Shown: positions 1 through 10,046 of the stretch, in pieces
Numbering within the stretch: position 1 is the first letter of the stretch
Layout: every line of letters begins with the position of its first letter
DNA from: a virus
Lineage: Duplodnaviria > Heunggongvirae > Uroviricota > Caudoviricetes
Length of the DNA stretch: 27,396 bases
Virus record (IMG/VR): IMGVR_UViG_2541047887_000006
Direction: 5' to 3' (one strand)
The notes under the pieces: model-generated
Told to the model about the DNA's origin: nothing
Seen by the model: the letters and a program-made list of their open reading frames with translations, nothing else
Databases searched by the model: none
Position numbers and translations under genes: made by a program

Positions 1-334
1 TCAGCCAACAAATTTAGCAACAAATACAGCAACCGCCGCCGTGAAAATGGTTGTGCATACTGGCACAATAATGCCACTCCAACGCCACTTCGTATTATCA
101 TCAACCTTGTCAAACCGCCGATTCATCTCATCCATAATCTTGTCAAAGCGTTTATCCATCGCTTCGGTAAGCTCACCCTTCAGGCTGTTAATGTCTGATT
201 TGAGCTGCTCTTTCAGGTGAGCTGTATCAGATTTAAGCTCACCTTTCAGATTCGCAATATCGCATTTAAGATCACCTTTCAGATGAGCAATGTCTGCTTT
301 GAGCTCACCTTTCACCTCACCAACATCGGCTTTG
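1..334 (-). pseudogene. 3' portion of an IS911-interrupted gene: coiled-coil protein with five 11-aa tandem repeats and a C-terminal hydrophobic anchor; function unknown
   Basis: ORF track 1..315 (its GTG at 315 is just the first start after the IS). Frame is continuous with 1588..1784 once IS911 and one GTT copy are removed. Stop TGA at 3..1. C-terminal hydrophobic stretch IIVPVCTTIFTAAVAVFVAKFV. Confidence 0.6.
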
Positions 335-335
335 G
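171..335 (-). repeat. Five imperfect 33-bp tandem repeats, in frame, encoding 11-aa units (K-x-D-I/T-A/G-x-L/V-K-G-E/D-L)
   Basis: Units read directly at 171-203, 204-236, 237-269, 270-302, 303-335, sharing the core gctcacctttcag...atttga. Confidence 0.85.
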
Positions 336-367
336 TTTGAAGTGGTCAACAAAAACTGGCCACCGAG

Positions 368-1515
<1,148 letters not shown>

Positions 1516-1587
1516 TATGGCACCTGTGTTGTTCTGAGGTGAGCATATCACCTCTGTTCAGGTGGCCAAATTCAGTAAACCACTTCA

Positions 1588-1784
1588 GTTGAGAGGTTTG
1601 TAGTGCGTTCAGCAAGCGTCGCAAGGTCGTTTCTTGTTAGCGATAAATCACCTTCGAGCCGCTCAATTCGCCTTTCAAGTTTATCTGACATTCCGCCTCC
1701 ACTATCACCGCCTCCCCCATCGAAAGAATTGCCAATGTCCTCACGAATAAGGGTTATGCCATGCTCACTTTTAGCATATGCCAC
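1588..1784 (-). pseudogene. 5' portion of the IS911-interrupted coiled-coil gene
   Basis: GTG start at 1784-1782 preceded by GGGAGGG 7 nt upstream (minus strand). The track ORF 1572..1784 reads 5 codons into the IS end before stopping. N-terminal region has a Gly/Asp-rich stretch GGGGDSGGG. Confidence 0.55.
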
Positions 1785-2183
1785 TCAGATTCCCTCCCAA
1801 ACTATATATCCTTTGTCTCTTGCCCAACAAACAACTGTGTGGGCTGTATATGTGGATGTGAAGCCGCAATAAGAACATGACACTTCATACCGAGTATTGT
1901 AGATGTTAATGGGCTCGTTCTCCTTGTGTATGGGAGTGACATATTCCCAATCATTTGAATCATCATAATCATCAAGTTCAGGGTCTGTGCCGTGAACAAC
2001 CGTATGTGGAATAAACAAATCTGGGCGCCCACACGAGAGACAAGAGGTTCTGGCTCCTCTATCTTTGAGGAATTGAATAAATAATTTGGGCGAAATCTGT
2101 TGCAGAACCTGCAAATGCCCACGTTCATTATCATTAAGAGACCTGTCTGCATATGGAAAATCATCAAATTTAAGAGGCTTCAT
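1785..2183 (-). CDS. Hypothetical Cys-rich protein (two CxxC motifs, CLSCG and CSYCG); AT-rich cargo gene translationally coupled to int
   Basis: ORF track 1785..2198. ATG at 2183 has GGAG 9 nt upstream; the start lies 11 nt inside the int 3' end. Stop TGA at 1787-1785 abuts the next gene's GTG. Confidence 0.5.
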   Translation of the reverse strand: MKPLKFDDFPYADRSLNDNERGHLQVLQQISPKLFIQFLKDRGARTSCLSCGRPDLFIPHTVVHGTDPELDDYDDSNDWEYVTPIHKENEPINIYNTRYEVSCSYCGFTSTYTAHTVVCWARDKGYIVWEGI

Positions 2184-3162
2184 ATAAGGCATCTCCAAGG
2201 GGATTAAATCTCACCGCATCCTGCAGGTAATCCGGCGCAAGATGGGCATAAATCATCGTTGTCTGAATCTTTGCGTGCCCCAAAATTTTCTGGAGGGTCA
2301 GAATATTGCCGCCGTTCATCATGAAATGACTGGCGAAGGTGTGGCGCAGCGCATGAACAGCCTGGCCGTCAGGAACATCAGGTGCGACCGTTTTGATGAC
2401 ATCGCGAACCAATGAATAATCCAGCGTCGGAAACACCAGTTTCCCGCCCCGTTTTTTGATCTTTTCAAACAGGCTTTCAGAAATAGGAACGGTACGGTTT
2501 TTGCTGTTCTTCGTTTTTGAAAAAGTGATTCGACAATGAAGAACACGGCGCTGCTCCAGTGCCGCTACCTCGCCCCATCGCGCCCCGGTCGACAGAAGGA
2601 TTTCGACAGCCAGCCGTTCATCGGGATTTTCAGCCAGTGCATCCAGCAACTGAACACATTCAGACTTACTCAGGTATCCCATTTCGCGCTCGTTAACCTT
2701 CATTCCTTTAAGGCCTTGAACGGGGTTATCGTTAAGAAAATGGCCGGATGAGATGAGTGCGGTAAACATCGCGCTTAACGCCCCAATCTCTCGATTTATG
2801 GTGCTGGGCTGTATCCCCTGCTCTATCCTGGACACACGTAGCTCGGTGAGCATCGTTGTATTAAGTTTATGCACGCACGGGTCATCCATTGCTTCACTCA
2901 AGCGCAGCAATTTAAGGCGCGTGTTATGCCCTGACTTCATTAGCTGGCCGTGGTATTTCCACCACAAGTCAATAAGCACTGACAGAGGACGGCGATCAAT
3001 AGAGTTTCCTTTCCACTCATTGTTATGCTGTTGCGCCAGCACCCACCGCTCATATAAAACTGCATCCGATTTCGTTTTAAATTTTTTGCGAATGCGTTTG
3101 CCTTTACGCCCCTCAGGGCGCATGTCAAGAAGATACCCTCCCGGAATTGATTTTATGCTCAT
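2170..3162 (-). CDS. int: P2-type tyrosine integrase
   Basis: ORF track 2170..3312; internal ATG at 3162 matches the P2 Int N-terminus (MSIKS... vs MAIKKL...). Catalytic motifs ARWGE, HALRHTFAS, IYAHL. Lies directly downstream of C as in P2. Confidence 0.93.
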   Translation of the reverse strand: MSIKSIPGGYLLDMRPEGRKGKRIRKKFKTKSDAVLYERWVLAQQHNNEWKGNSIDRRPLSVLIDLWWKYHGQLMKSGHNTRLKLLRLSEAMDDPCVHKLNTTMLTELRVSRIEQGIQPSTINREIGALSAMFTALISSGHFLNDNPVQGLKGMKVNEREMGYLSKSECVQLLDALAENPDERLAVEILLSTGARWGEVAALEQRRVLHCRITFSKTKNSKNRTVPISESLFEKIKKRGGKLVFPTLDYSLVRDVIKTVAPDVPDGQAVHALRHTFASHFMMNGGNILTLQKILGHAKIQTTMIYAHLAPDYLQDAVRFNPLGDALYEAS

Positions 3163-3211
3163 TCGTGAAACCCCAGCGTTACAAGACCACCATGCCCCCA
3201 GCGTTCCATGA

Positions 3212-3520
3212 TTAGCCGGGCTGTGTACCAGTCTTGCGGGATTTTTGAGAAGACGATGTGTTTTCTGGCCCATCAGGGGAGAGAGAGGGACTGATCTGCC
3301 CAGCAGCCTCATTTGTTTTTCCCGTCATAAGCCAATTCATGTACTTAAAAAAGCGAGGGTGATTAACAATCTTGATAAGCACTTCGCCCCCTATGTTTTC
3401 AATCCGCCCCGTTTCATAACGACGCAAAGTGCCGATAGGCACATCAATCAGGCCGCAAAATTCTTCGCGCGTTAAATCCTCTGATTCACGAATCACTCTA
3501 ATTTTTTCACCGATAAGCAT
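3212..3520 (-). CDS. C: P2 C-type immunity repressor
   Basis: ATG at 3520 with AGGAA upstream. 102 aa resembling P2 C (EKI...L.R...L.......G.P.GTL..YE.GR ... GQI.P.L...G.....S...QK.G). Confidence 0.85.
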   Translation of the reverse strand: MLIGEKIRVIRESEDLTREEFCGLIDVPIGTLRRYETGRIENIGGEVLIKIVNHPRFFKYMNWLMTGKTNEAAGQISPSLSPDGPENTSSSQKSRKTGTQPG

Positions 3521-3616
3521 TGACAGTGTTCCTATAAGTACACTAAGCTTGCGCACAAGGTGTACTTATAAGTACACCAAGTCACAAACAACCACAGATA
3601 GCGCAGGTTATCACAC
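3521..3616. promoter_or_regulatory. Immunity-switch region between divergent C and cox-like genes, with operator-like repeats
   Basis: Perfect 18-bp palindrome GTGTACTTATAAGTACAC at 3560-3577, plus an upstream direct copy TATAAGTACAC at 3533-3543. TTGACA hexamer at 3520-3525. Promoter assignment itself is inferred. Confidence 0.5.
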
Positions 3617-3895
3617 ATGGCAAAAGTCCTGAACACACACGAACAGGCAGACTTTGAGCGTTTAGCAGCGTTCTATCCCTACCGCGATGAGCATGGGTTA
3701 CCAGTACTTGAAGAAAGCCTGAAAGATTACGCAAAGCGTACCAACCAAGCTGTTAACACAGTGAAAAGACAGGCTGACAGAGGTTCAATTCCCATCAACC
3801 AAGATGAAAAGAACTCAAGACGCACAGTAAATCTCTTCGCTCTTTTCCTGAAAACAATCAGGAGCGCAGAAAAATACGTGCAGATGACAAAATAA
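3617..3895 (+). CDS. cox: Cox-like excisionase / early-promoter regulator (putative)
   Basis: First gene of the rightward early operon, divergent from C, 92 aa. Position and size match P2 cox; sequence similarity is weak. Confidence 0.5.
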   Translation: MAKVLNTHEQADFERLAAFYPYRDEHGLPVLEESLKDYAKRTNQAVNTVKRQADRGSIPINQDEKNSRRTVNLFALFLKTIRSAEKYVQMTK

Positions 3896-3909
3896 CGAGG
3901 TGTCATTTT

Positions 3910-4248
3910 ATGCTGAAGCAACGCCGTAATTTTCGTACCGGAACAGAACGCCACGCTAACCGTTTCACTACCAGTGCATCACGCAGCAACATCCGCTACA
4001 GCCTGAGTGATACACACGCAACGCCGGATAGCTACCCAGTAAAACAAATCGGCGAGCACACCTGGCTGATTGAGAAAGCTGGAATCGTGATCCACAAATG
4101 CCCACGCAATCCGTTTACCGGAAACCGCATTTTTGCATTGAGCTGTGGCGACAATCAGTTCGGGCAGGATTTCACATTATACGAAGCACTTCGCACGGTT
4201 GATCGTCTGCTTCGCGGGCAAAGTTTTATTAAACAGACTGATTTATAA
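3910..4248 (+). CDS. Hypothetical early protein
   Basis: ATG 3910 with GAGGTG 8 nt upstream. ORF track 112 aa. Confidence 0.6.
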   Translation: MLKQRRNFRTGTERHANRFTTSASRSNIRYSLSDTHATPDSYPVKQIGEHTWLIEKAGIVIHKCPRNPFTGNRIFALSCGDNQFGQDFTLYEALRTVDRLLRGQSFIKQTDL

Positions 4249-4258
4249 CAGGTGCTTT

Positions 4259-4546
4259 ATGACCAAAGACCATGCACAAGGTGTATTTATCCGTTTTATT
4301 GATTTTCGCGGTGAACTGTTATTACGTGCATCCGCTATTGACGGAGTGACTCCGGCGGGTAAAAACGGAGCCGACGAAGCCACTTACGTTTATCTGAACG
4401 GCACGCGACTGCTTGTGGAACTTCCGTACCAGACCGTACGAGAAATCATTAGCGAAGCTGAAAAGGCACGCCAGGTTAATGGCGATGAACCCTATATCGA
4501 AATTATTTGTATGGATTCAGAAGCTGAAATACAGAAAGCAGATTAA
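4259..4546 (+). CDS. Hypothetical early protein (95 aa)
   Basis: ATG 4259 with AGGTG upstream. Internal Met of track ORF 4145..4546 chosen to avoid overlap with the preceding gene. Confidence 0.6.
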   Translation: MTKDHAQGVFIRFIDFRGELLLRASAIDGVTPAGKNGADEATYVYLNGTRLLVELPYQTVREIISEAEKARQVNGDEPYIEIICMDSEAEIQKAD

Positions 4547-4557
4547 AGGGCGTTGTG

Positions 4558-4800
4558 ATGGGCAAAGAATATAAAACTCTCATTAACAAAGCACTTGAGT
4601 GTTTTTATTTTCGCTTAAGTGCATCAGGCGCTCATGCTGAACGTGCGGCCCGTGACTCATTGACCAGAGCAATCCGAAGTCTGTATGACGTGGCTTTTTA
4701 CGCTGATGATCTGGATGCACTTAACGAACTTTCCGAGCTGATCTGTGCCGCAGAATGCGGGGAACATATTGAACCGTATAAGCTGGGAAATATCGCATGA
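4558..4800 (+). CDS. Hypothetical early protein (80 aa)
   Basis: ORF track 4555..4800; ATG at 4558. Confidence 0.55.
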   Translation: MGKEYKTLINKALECFYFRLSASGAHAERAARDSLTRAIRSLYDVAFYADDLDALNELSELICAAECGEHIEPYKLGNIA

Positions 4801-4910
4801 GTATATTTATCTCATGGCTTGTTCTGATTATTTCGGTGGTCTGCGCCATTGGGATTATGCGAATTATTAATTCAGTAAAAAAGATTGAACGCTTTTTCAC
4901 TGAAGAATAA
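4797..4910 (+). CDS. Small hydrophobic peptide (37 aa, single predicted TM: MSIFISWLVLIISVVCAIGIMRII...)
   Basis: ATG 4797 overlaps the upstream stop (ATGA). Below the ORF-track size cutoff; translated by hand. Confidence 0.35.
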   Translation: MSIFISWLVLIISVVCAIGIMRIINSVKKIERFFTEE

Positions 4911-4996
4911 CCGCGCAAATAAGACCCCAGGTTAAATAAGAAAATGTGAAAACAATCCGCATTCGCGGAGGTATTCGCACACGCCAAGGAGGCGTA

Positions 4997-5200
4997 ATGG
5001 CAATTAAGCATTTTCCTGTCGTTCGTTTCACCTCCAGAGGACGTGAATACGAAGTTGACGAACGCCTGATTACCACAATCGACAAACACCGTTCAGAAAA
5101 GGATGCACATCACATCTATCTCACTGACGGCACTTACTTCTGCGCCACCAACGTGGTGCAGGTAAATCTTATCAGACAGGTACAGGAGTCACGCAGATGA
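4997..5200 (+). CDS. Hypothetical early protein (67 aa)
   Basis: ATG 4997 with AGGAGG upstream; stop overlaps the next start (ATGA at 5197). Confidence 0.55.
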   Translation: MAIKHFPVVRFTSRGREYEVDERLITTIDKHRSEKDAHHIYLTDGTYFCATNVVQVNLIRQVQESRR

Positions 5201-5442
5201 TCATTCTGGACTACATCGCTGCCAATCCGGGTTGTAGCGGTGGAGAAATCGCCGCAGCACTGAATACACCAACCACAACCATTAATGCGGAGCTACGCCG
5301 TCTCTGGCGCAGCGGTTCAGTCATAAGAAAAGAGCGCAAAACAGGCGGTCGCTTTTCTTATCAGGTAAACCCGATGCCGTTTGGGTGTAGCAACCCACTA
5401 ACCCAGATGTTCAACCAGCTACTGAGGGAAATCAGAGCATGA
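5197..5442 (+). CDS. Small putative winged-helix DNA-binding protein
   Basis: 81 aa, translationally coupled to the upstream gene. HTH-like segment GGEIAAALNTPTTTINAELRRL. Confidence 0.55.
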   Translation: MIILDYIAANPGCSGGEIAAALNTPTTTINAELRRLWRSGSVIRKERKTGGRFSYQVNPMPFGCSNPLTQMFNQLLREIRA

Positions 5443-5583
5443 GCACCTCCAACTGCCGGAAACCACGTCGGGCTTCAGCAGCTCATCCGGCAGCAAAACA
5501 AACTCCATTAATTCCTGTTCCGGGCCTTTCCTGCACCTTGCGGCGGGAGGCCTTCGCACATCTGTAACAAGAGGATTGCCGCA

Positions 5584-5949
5584 ATGATTCTCGCCAACGA
5601 CTTTCTTGAATACCTGCTCAACACAGAACGTGATCTTGCCGCTTGCGTGCGTGATCGTTATGACATGTACCTGAAATCCCTGCCTGTACCGCAGCTCGCT
5701 GACGGAAAGATTGTTATTGATGGTCGCTACATGATTGACAGCCACGAGGGAAATTACAGGCTTTACCGCATTGAAGGTGGCACCCCGTCCGTTATTGGCA
5801 TTTACCAGCGCCCATCCTCTGCAATCGTCGATGTGATTGCCGACAGCATCCGCATCACACATCGCCATGCCGACACAGAAGACACCGTGCTGGAAATTCA
5901 GCGGCTGGCTACAGTCTGCCGCGACACCCTGAATGGCATGACGAAGTAA
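5584..5949 (+). CDS. Hypothetical early protein (121 aa) preceding A
   Basis: ATG 5584 with AAGAGGA 8 nt upstream. Confidence 0.6.
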   Translation: MILANDFLEYLLNTERDLAACVRDRYDMYLKSLPVPQLADGKIVIDGRYMIDSHEGNYRLYRIEGGTPSVIGIYQRPSSAIVDVIADSIRITHRHADTEDTVLEIQRLATVCRDTLNGMTK

Positions 5950-5955
5950 ATCACT

Positions 5956-8721
5956 ATGACGGCAGAGTACATCAGGGACTGGCAACAACCGCGCCACGCA
6001 GTGGGGCGTGAAGGAACGGGGATCCCCGCTCCTGAATCCGCGCTTTCCTCCTGGCTGGATGCCTACCGGGTAGAGAACGAGCGCCGCCAGGAAATGGCTG
6101 ATGCGGCGTTCTCCGCAACGCCGCTGGGCAACCTGATTAATAAAAGCCTGGACGCACAGGAAAAACAGGACAAAACCATCACACTGGCAGGAGATGCCAG
6201 AAAACAGGCACGCGGCGCGGTGGATGAAGCCATGGCCTCGCTGCGCCTGCTGCCGTCCTATCTGCGCGATCCGCTTATTCGCCACCTCTCCTTCCTGCGC
6301 AAAAAACAGGAAGCCGATCGTCAGAAAGGCAAAAAGAGCTGGCAGGCTGAACGCTACGCGCGCGGAAACCTGCGCAAAATATTCGAACGTCTGGAGCGCA
6401 CCGATCACCGCTGGCTGACACAGGGTTATCGCTCCCTTGCCGGACGCGAACGCCTGGACGATTTGCTTTACCTGCCGCAGCTCAACAAACACCAGATACA
6501 GACACTGGCCACCATGACGGCGGCGATGTTCAGCAGCACCTTCGAAAAACTCTGCGATGGCTTTGGCGCGACCGATGGCGAACTGACCATGGATGTAACG
6601 CTGAAGGCGTATCAGATGCTGGCCCGCATGGCGTTACACCTGCACGCCATGCCTCCACATTATGACGCACTGACAACAGACAAAGACCGGAGGAACGAAC
6701 CGGACACGGAGCTGCTGCCGGGCGCAATCCTTCGCCTGACCTGTGCAGAATGGTGGAAACGCAAACTGTGGCTGTTACGTTGCGAGTGGAGAGAAGAACA
6801 ACTCCGCGCCGCCTGTCTGGTTTCCAGAAAAACATCGCCCTATCTGAGCCAGGACGCGTTAAGCGAGTTTCGCGCACAGCGCGAGAAAACACGCGATTTC
6901 CTGAAAAGTTTCATGCTGGAAAATGAAGACGGGTTCACGATTGATCTCGAGACAGTGTATTACGCGGGAGTAAGTAACCCGGTTCACCGTAAGGCAGAAA
7001 TGATGGCCACCATGAAGGGGCTGGAACTTCTGGCCGAAGCCCGTGGTGACAAAGCGGTGTTTCTGACTGTCACCTGCCCGTCAAAATACCACGCAACAAC
7101 GGAGAACGGTCATCCGAACCCCAAATGGAACGGGGCCACCATGCGCGACTCCAGCGATTACCTGGTTAACACGTTTTTTGCGGCGGTCCGCAAAAAACTG
7201 AACCGCGACGGCCTGCGCTGGTATGGCATCCGCACGGTGGAGCCTCACCATGACGGCACCGTGCACTGGCATATGATGGTCTTTGCTCATCCGGAAGAAA
7301 TCGACAGCATCGTGGCCATCACCCGCGATATTGCCATTCAGGAAGATCGTCACGAACTGGGCGATGATATTACTCCGCGCTTTAAGGCGGAGTATGTCGA
7401 CGGCTCAAAAGGCACACCAACCAGCTATATCGCGACCTACATCGGAAAAAACCTGGACAGCCGCGCCGTAGATGGCATCGACCCGAAAACGGGCAAGCCA
7501 CGCGTTGACCACGAAACCGAAAAATCAATGGCCGAGAGCGTGGAGCGCGCCATTGGCTGGGCGCGTCTTCATCGGGTCCGCCAGTTCCAGTTCTTTGGCA
7601 TCCCCTCCCGTCAGGTATGGCGTGAACTCCGCCGCCTTGCCAGCCAGATGGCACGCAACCCGGAAGGCCCGCAACGGCTGAAGGATGATGCAATGGATGC
7701 GGTACTCGCTGCCGCTGATGCCGGGTGTTTTGCCTCCTACATTGAAAAACAGGGCGGCGTACTTGTTCCACGTAAAGACTACCTGATTCGCACCGCCTAC
7801 GACCTCGCAGATGAGCTGAACGATTACGGCGAGCAGAGTGTACAGATTTACGGGATCTGGTCGCCGCTCATCGGGGAGTCTTCCCGCGTGTGCACGCACC
7901 CGGATAACTGGAAGCTGGTAAGACGTAAACCGGAAGCGGAAGACAGCGCCCGCGAAAATGGTTTTGACCTTCAGGGCGGCCCTGCCGCCCCTTGGACTCG
8001 TGGCAATAACTGTCCCCGTGTACAGGAAACGGACAACAACGGGACAGAACAGCCGGAAGAACGGCCAGCACCGTGGCCGCAGCTTCCTGACGGCGTTGAT
8101 GTGGATGAATGGATGCGCTCACTGAAACGGCAAGAACGCCGGGCGCTGATGCGTTCGCTGCGTGACAAACAGGCAAAAAACAGCAGTGATGAAATGCAGA
8201 GCTGGACACAGAGCCGCAAACAGCAGCGGCCTTTGCCTGATAACCACGAATTACTCGCTAAAGAATGGCGGGAATCTGCTGAATCTCTCGGCCTGCATAT
8301 CGGTGAACAGCAGATGCAGCACCTGTTACGGGGCGGCAGCCTGTACGTTGACGGCAGCATCATTGCACCGCAGGGATTTGAAATTGTACGCAAACCGGAT
8401 ACCCGCCCGGACAGCCGAATCACGCAGCTCTGGCAGCGCCTGAGCCGTAATCACGGCGTAAGCAGCACGGAGATCCGCCATAACCCGGTCGCCAGCTATC
8501 TGGAACAGCTGGGGGCATCAGACCCCGAAGCCGCCGCACGCATGGTATCCACACTTCAGCAGGACCAGAACACCATGAAAACCCCCGTTACCGTGCTTTC
8601 TGACATGCTGCGCGTCATCCGTGACGCAGAGCACGCACAGAGAATCAATGAAACCACTGAACGCGCACGTCACAAGGCGGGTCTGTTGCAGGACAAAGGC
8701 AATAGCGAGAAGAAAAAATAA
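5956..8721 (+). CDS. A: P2 A-type rolling-circle replication initiation endonuclease
   Basis: 921 aa. HUH motif TVHWHMMVF and tyrosine pair SYIATYIGKN as in P2 gpA. Confidence 0.9.
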   Translation: MTAEYIRDWQQPRHAVGREGTGIPAPESALSSWLDAYRVENERRQEMADAAFSATPLGNLINKSLDAQEKQDKTITLAGDARKQARGAVDEAMASLRLLPSYLRDPLIRHLSFLRKKQEADRQKGKKSWQAERYARGNLRKIFERLERTDHRWLTQGYRSLAGRERLDDLLYLPQLNKHQIQTLATMTAAMFSSTFEKLCDGFGATDGELTMDVTLKAYQMLARMALHLHAMPPHYDALTTDKDRRNEPDTELLPGAILRLTCAEWWKRKLWLLRCEWREEQLRAACLVSRKTSPYLSQDALSEFRAQREKTRDFLKSFMLENEDGFTIDLETVYYAGVSNPVHRKAEMMATMKGLELLAEARGDKAVFLTVTCPSKYHATTENGHPNPKWNGATMRDSSDYLVNTFFAAVRKKLNRDGLRWYGIRTVEPHHDGTVHWHMMVFAHPEEIDSIVAITRDIAIQEDRHELGDDITPRFKAEYVDGSKGTPTSYIATYIGKNLDSRAVDGIDPKTGKPRVDHETEKSMAESVERAIGWARLHRVRQFQFFGIPSRQVWRELRRLASQMARNPEGPQRLKDDAMDAVLAAADAGCFASYIEKQGGVLVPRKDYLIRTAYDLADELNDYGEQSVQIYGIWSPLIGESSRVCTHPDNWKLVRRKPEAEDSARENGFDLQGGPAAPWTRGNNCPRVQETDNNGTEQPEERPAPWPQLPDGVDVDEWMRSLKRQERRALMRSLRDKQAKNSSDEMQSWTQSRKQQRPLPDNHELLAKEWRESAESLGLHIGEQQMQHLLRGGSLYVDGSIIAPQGFEIVRKPDTRPDSRITQLWQRLSRNHGVSSTEIRHNPVASYLEQLGASDPEAAARMVSTLQQDQNTMKTPVTVLSDMLRVIRDAEHAQRINETTERARHKAGLLQDKGNSEKKK

Positions 8722-8901
8722 CCAAGAAAGAAATCATCAATTGTATGAAGGTAGAGTTTAGACATGGTAAGGACGTTCCATGGGGCACACTGTAATTTCA
8801 TATAGTATTCCTCTTCCCTGTTTGATAAAAAAGTGCAATACTATAAATAGTCCAGTTAAATGCTTTTTCAATTCACTTAAAATCAAGAGGTTACAGTTAA
8901 G
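8722..8901 (+). promoter_or_regulatory. AT-rich intergenic region upstream of the ATPase-protease operon; probable promoter
   Basis: 180 bp, noticeably AT-rich. TTGATA at 8822-8827 and TATAAA at 8842-8847. AAGAGG RBS at 8885-8890. Confidence 0.3.
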
Positions 8902-10023
8902 ATGGGCGACTTAGGTGGTATTCAGTCAGATTTAGCCCAACTAGTTAGACTGGTAATAACTGAACAGTATGATGACGTTCGGTTATATGTCGCTCGCTTG
9001 GTGCGTAAATATCGGGAAACTATGCCTGCTCTATCCGAGCAGCTTGATCTTTATCTACGAAATAAACCGCAAAAGCCTGCACAAAGCCTGCGTAAGGTTA
9101 CCGCACCAAAACAAGCGCTGCCTCAAACCATGCCTGTGGACGAGGAGTCAAGGCTTACCTTGCTTAAAGCACCAAATGAAAAGATTGTGAGCAAACCTCT
9201 ACTGTCCAGTCAGATAGAAGACTCACTGGATCAAATTATTCTTGAGCGGAAGCACATCGATCGCCTCAAGACTCTCGGCTTACAACCAACACGCTCTGCC
9301 ATTTTTGTTGGCCCTCCGGGTGTAGGTAAAACACTTACGGCAAGCTGGTTAGCTCAGAAATTAGGGGTTCCTTTTTACGTTCTTGATTTAACGGCAGTAA
9401 TGAGCAGCTATCTGGGCAAAAGCGGAAATAACCTTCGGGCAGCTCTAGATTTTGCGAAGAAAGGGCCGTGCGTTCTTCTGTTAGATGAAATTGATTCAAT
9501 CGCCAAAAAGAGAAGTGATGATTCTGATGTTGGAGAATTAAAAAGACTTGTTACCGTGATACTCCAGGAGGTTGACGAATGGCCGTCTTCTAGTTTGCTA
9601 CTTGCTGCAACTAACTTCGCTGAGTTGATTGATCCAGCACTATGGAGACGTTTTGATTTAGTGCTCAATTTTGAGAAGCCAGATAGCGAAAGTATTAAAG
9701 AAGCAATTAAACGCTTTTCGGGTCCCGACTACGCGATTTTTGCACGTTGGATAGATCTACTGGCTATTATGTTCAAAAATGAATCTTTTAGTAATATTGA
9801 GCGTTCTATCAACAAATTCCGACGTTCGGTCGCTTTAGGTATTTCCTCAGATGAAGAGTTGATTGGGTCGTTCATTAAAGATGGTTTATCAGAATTAGAC
9901 AGGAATGAACGTAAAGAAATTGCAGTTACTCTAAAAAGAAATTCTAAATTATCCCAGCATGCCATATCAGACTTAACCGGAGTCAGTAGGGATACAATTA
10001 GAAAATACAGTCAAAAAATGTAA
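8902..10023 (+). CDS. AAA+ ATPase with C-terminal HTH-like tail; IetA-like by architecture
   Basis: Walker A GPPGVGKT, Walker B VLLLDEID. C-terminal LSQHAISDLTGVSRDTIRKY. 373 aa, first gene of the operon. Confidence 0.8.
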   Translation: MGDLGGIQSDLAQLVRLVITEQYDDVRLYVARLVRKYRETMPALSEQLDLYLRNKPQKPAQSLRKVTAPKQALPQTMPVDEESRLTLLKAPNEKIVSKPLLSSQIEDSLDQIILERKHIDRLKTLGLQPTRSAIFVGPPGVGKTLTASWLAQKLGVPFYVLDLTAVMSSYLGKSGNNLRAALDFAKKGPCVLLLDEIDSIAKKRSDDSDVGELKRLVTVILQEVDEWPSSSLLLAATNFAELIDPALWRRFDLVLNFEKPDSESIKEAIKRFSGPDYAIFARWIDLLAIMFKNESFSNIERSINKFRRSVALGISSDEELIGSFIKDGLSELDRNERKEIAVTLKRNSKLSQHAISDLTGVSRDTIRKYSQKM

Positions 10024-10046
10024 TACAGCATAGATAAGGAGTATGT

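Noticed and set aside
171-335. Possible CRISPR array suggested by regular 33-bp repeats
   Set aside because: Units are directly adjacent with no spacers, imperfect, and in frame within a coding sequence; this is a protein repeat, not CRISPR.
2184-2198. Longer N-terminus (TTG 2198 or ATG 2192) for the Cys-rich ORF
   Set aside because: ATG 2192 has GGAG directly abutting it (no spacer) and TTG 2198 has no RBS; ATG 2183 with a 9-nt spacer is the better start.
5439-5567. 42-aa Arg/Pro-rich ORF between the winged-helix gene and the next early ORF
   Set aside because: Start overlaps the upstream stop (ATGA), but the product is low complexity with no supporting signal; kept out of the feature list.
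5419-6492. 357-aa minus-strand ORF
   Set aside because: Antisense to the well-supported early ORFs and the 5' end of A; no RBS; composition typical of spurious antisense ORFs in GC-rich coding DNA.
6530-8423. Several minus-strand ORFs (62-150 aa) inside gene A
   Set aside because: All lie antisense within the conserved replication initiator gene; Arg/Cys/Pro-rich translations typical of frame artefacts.
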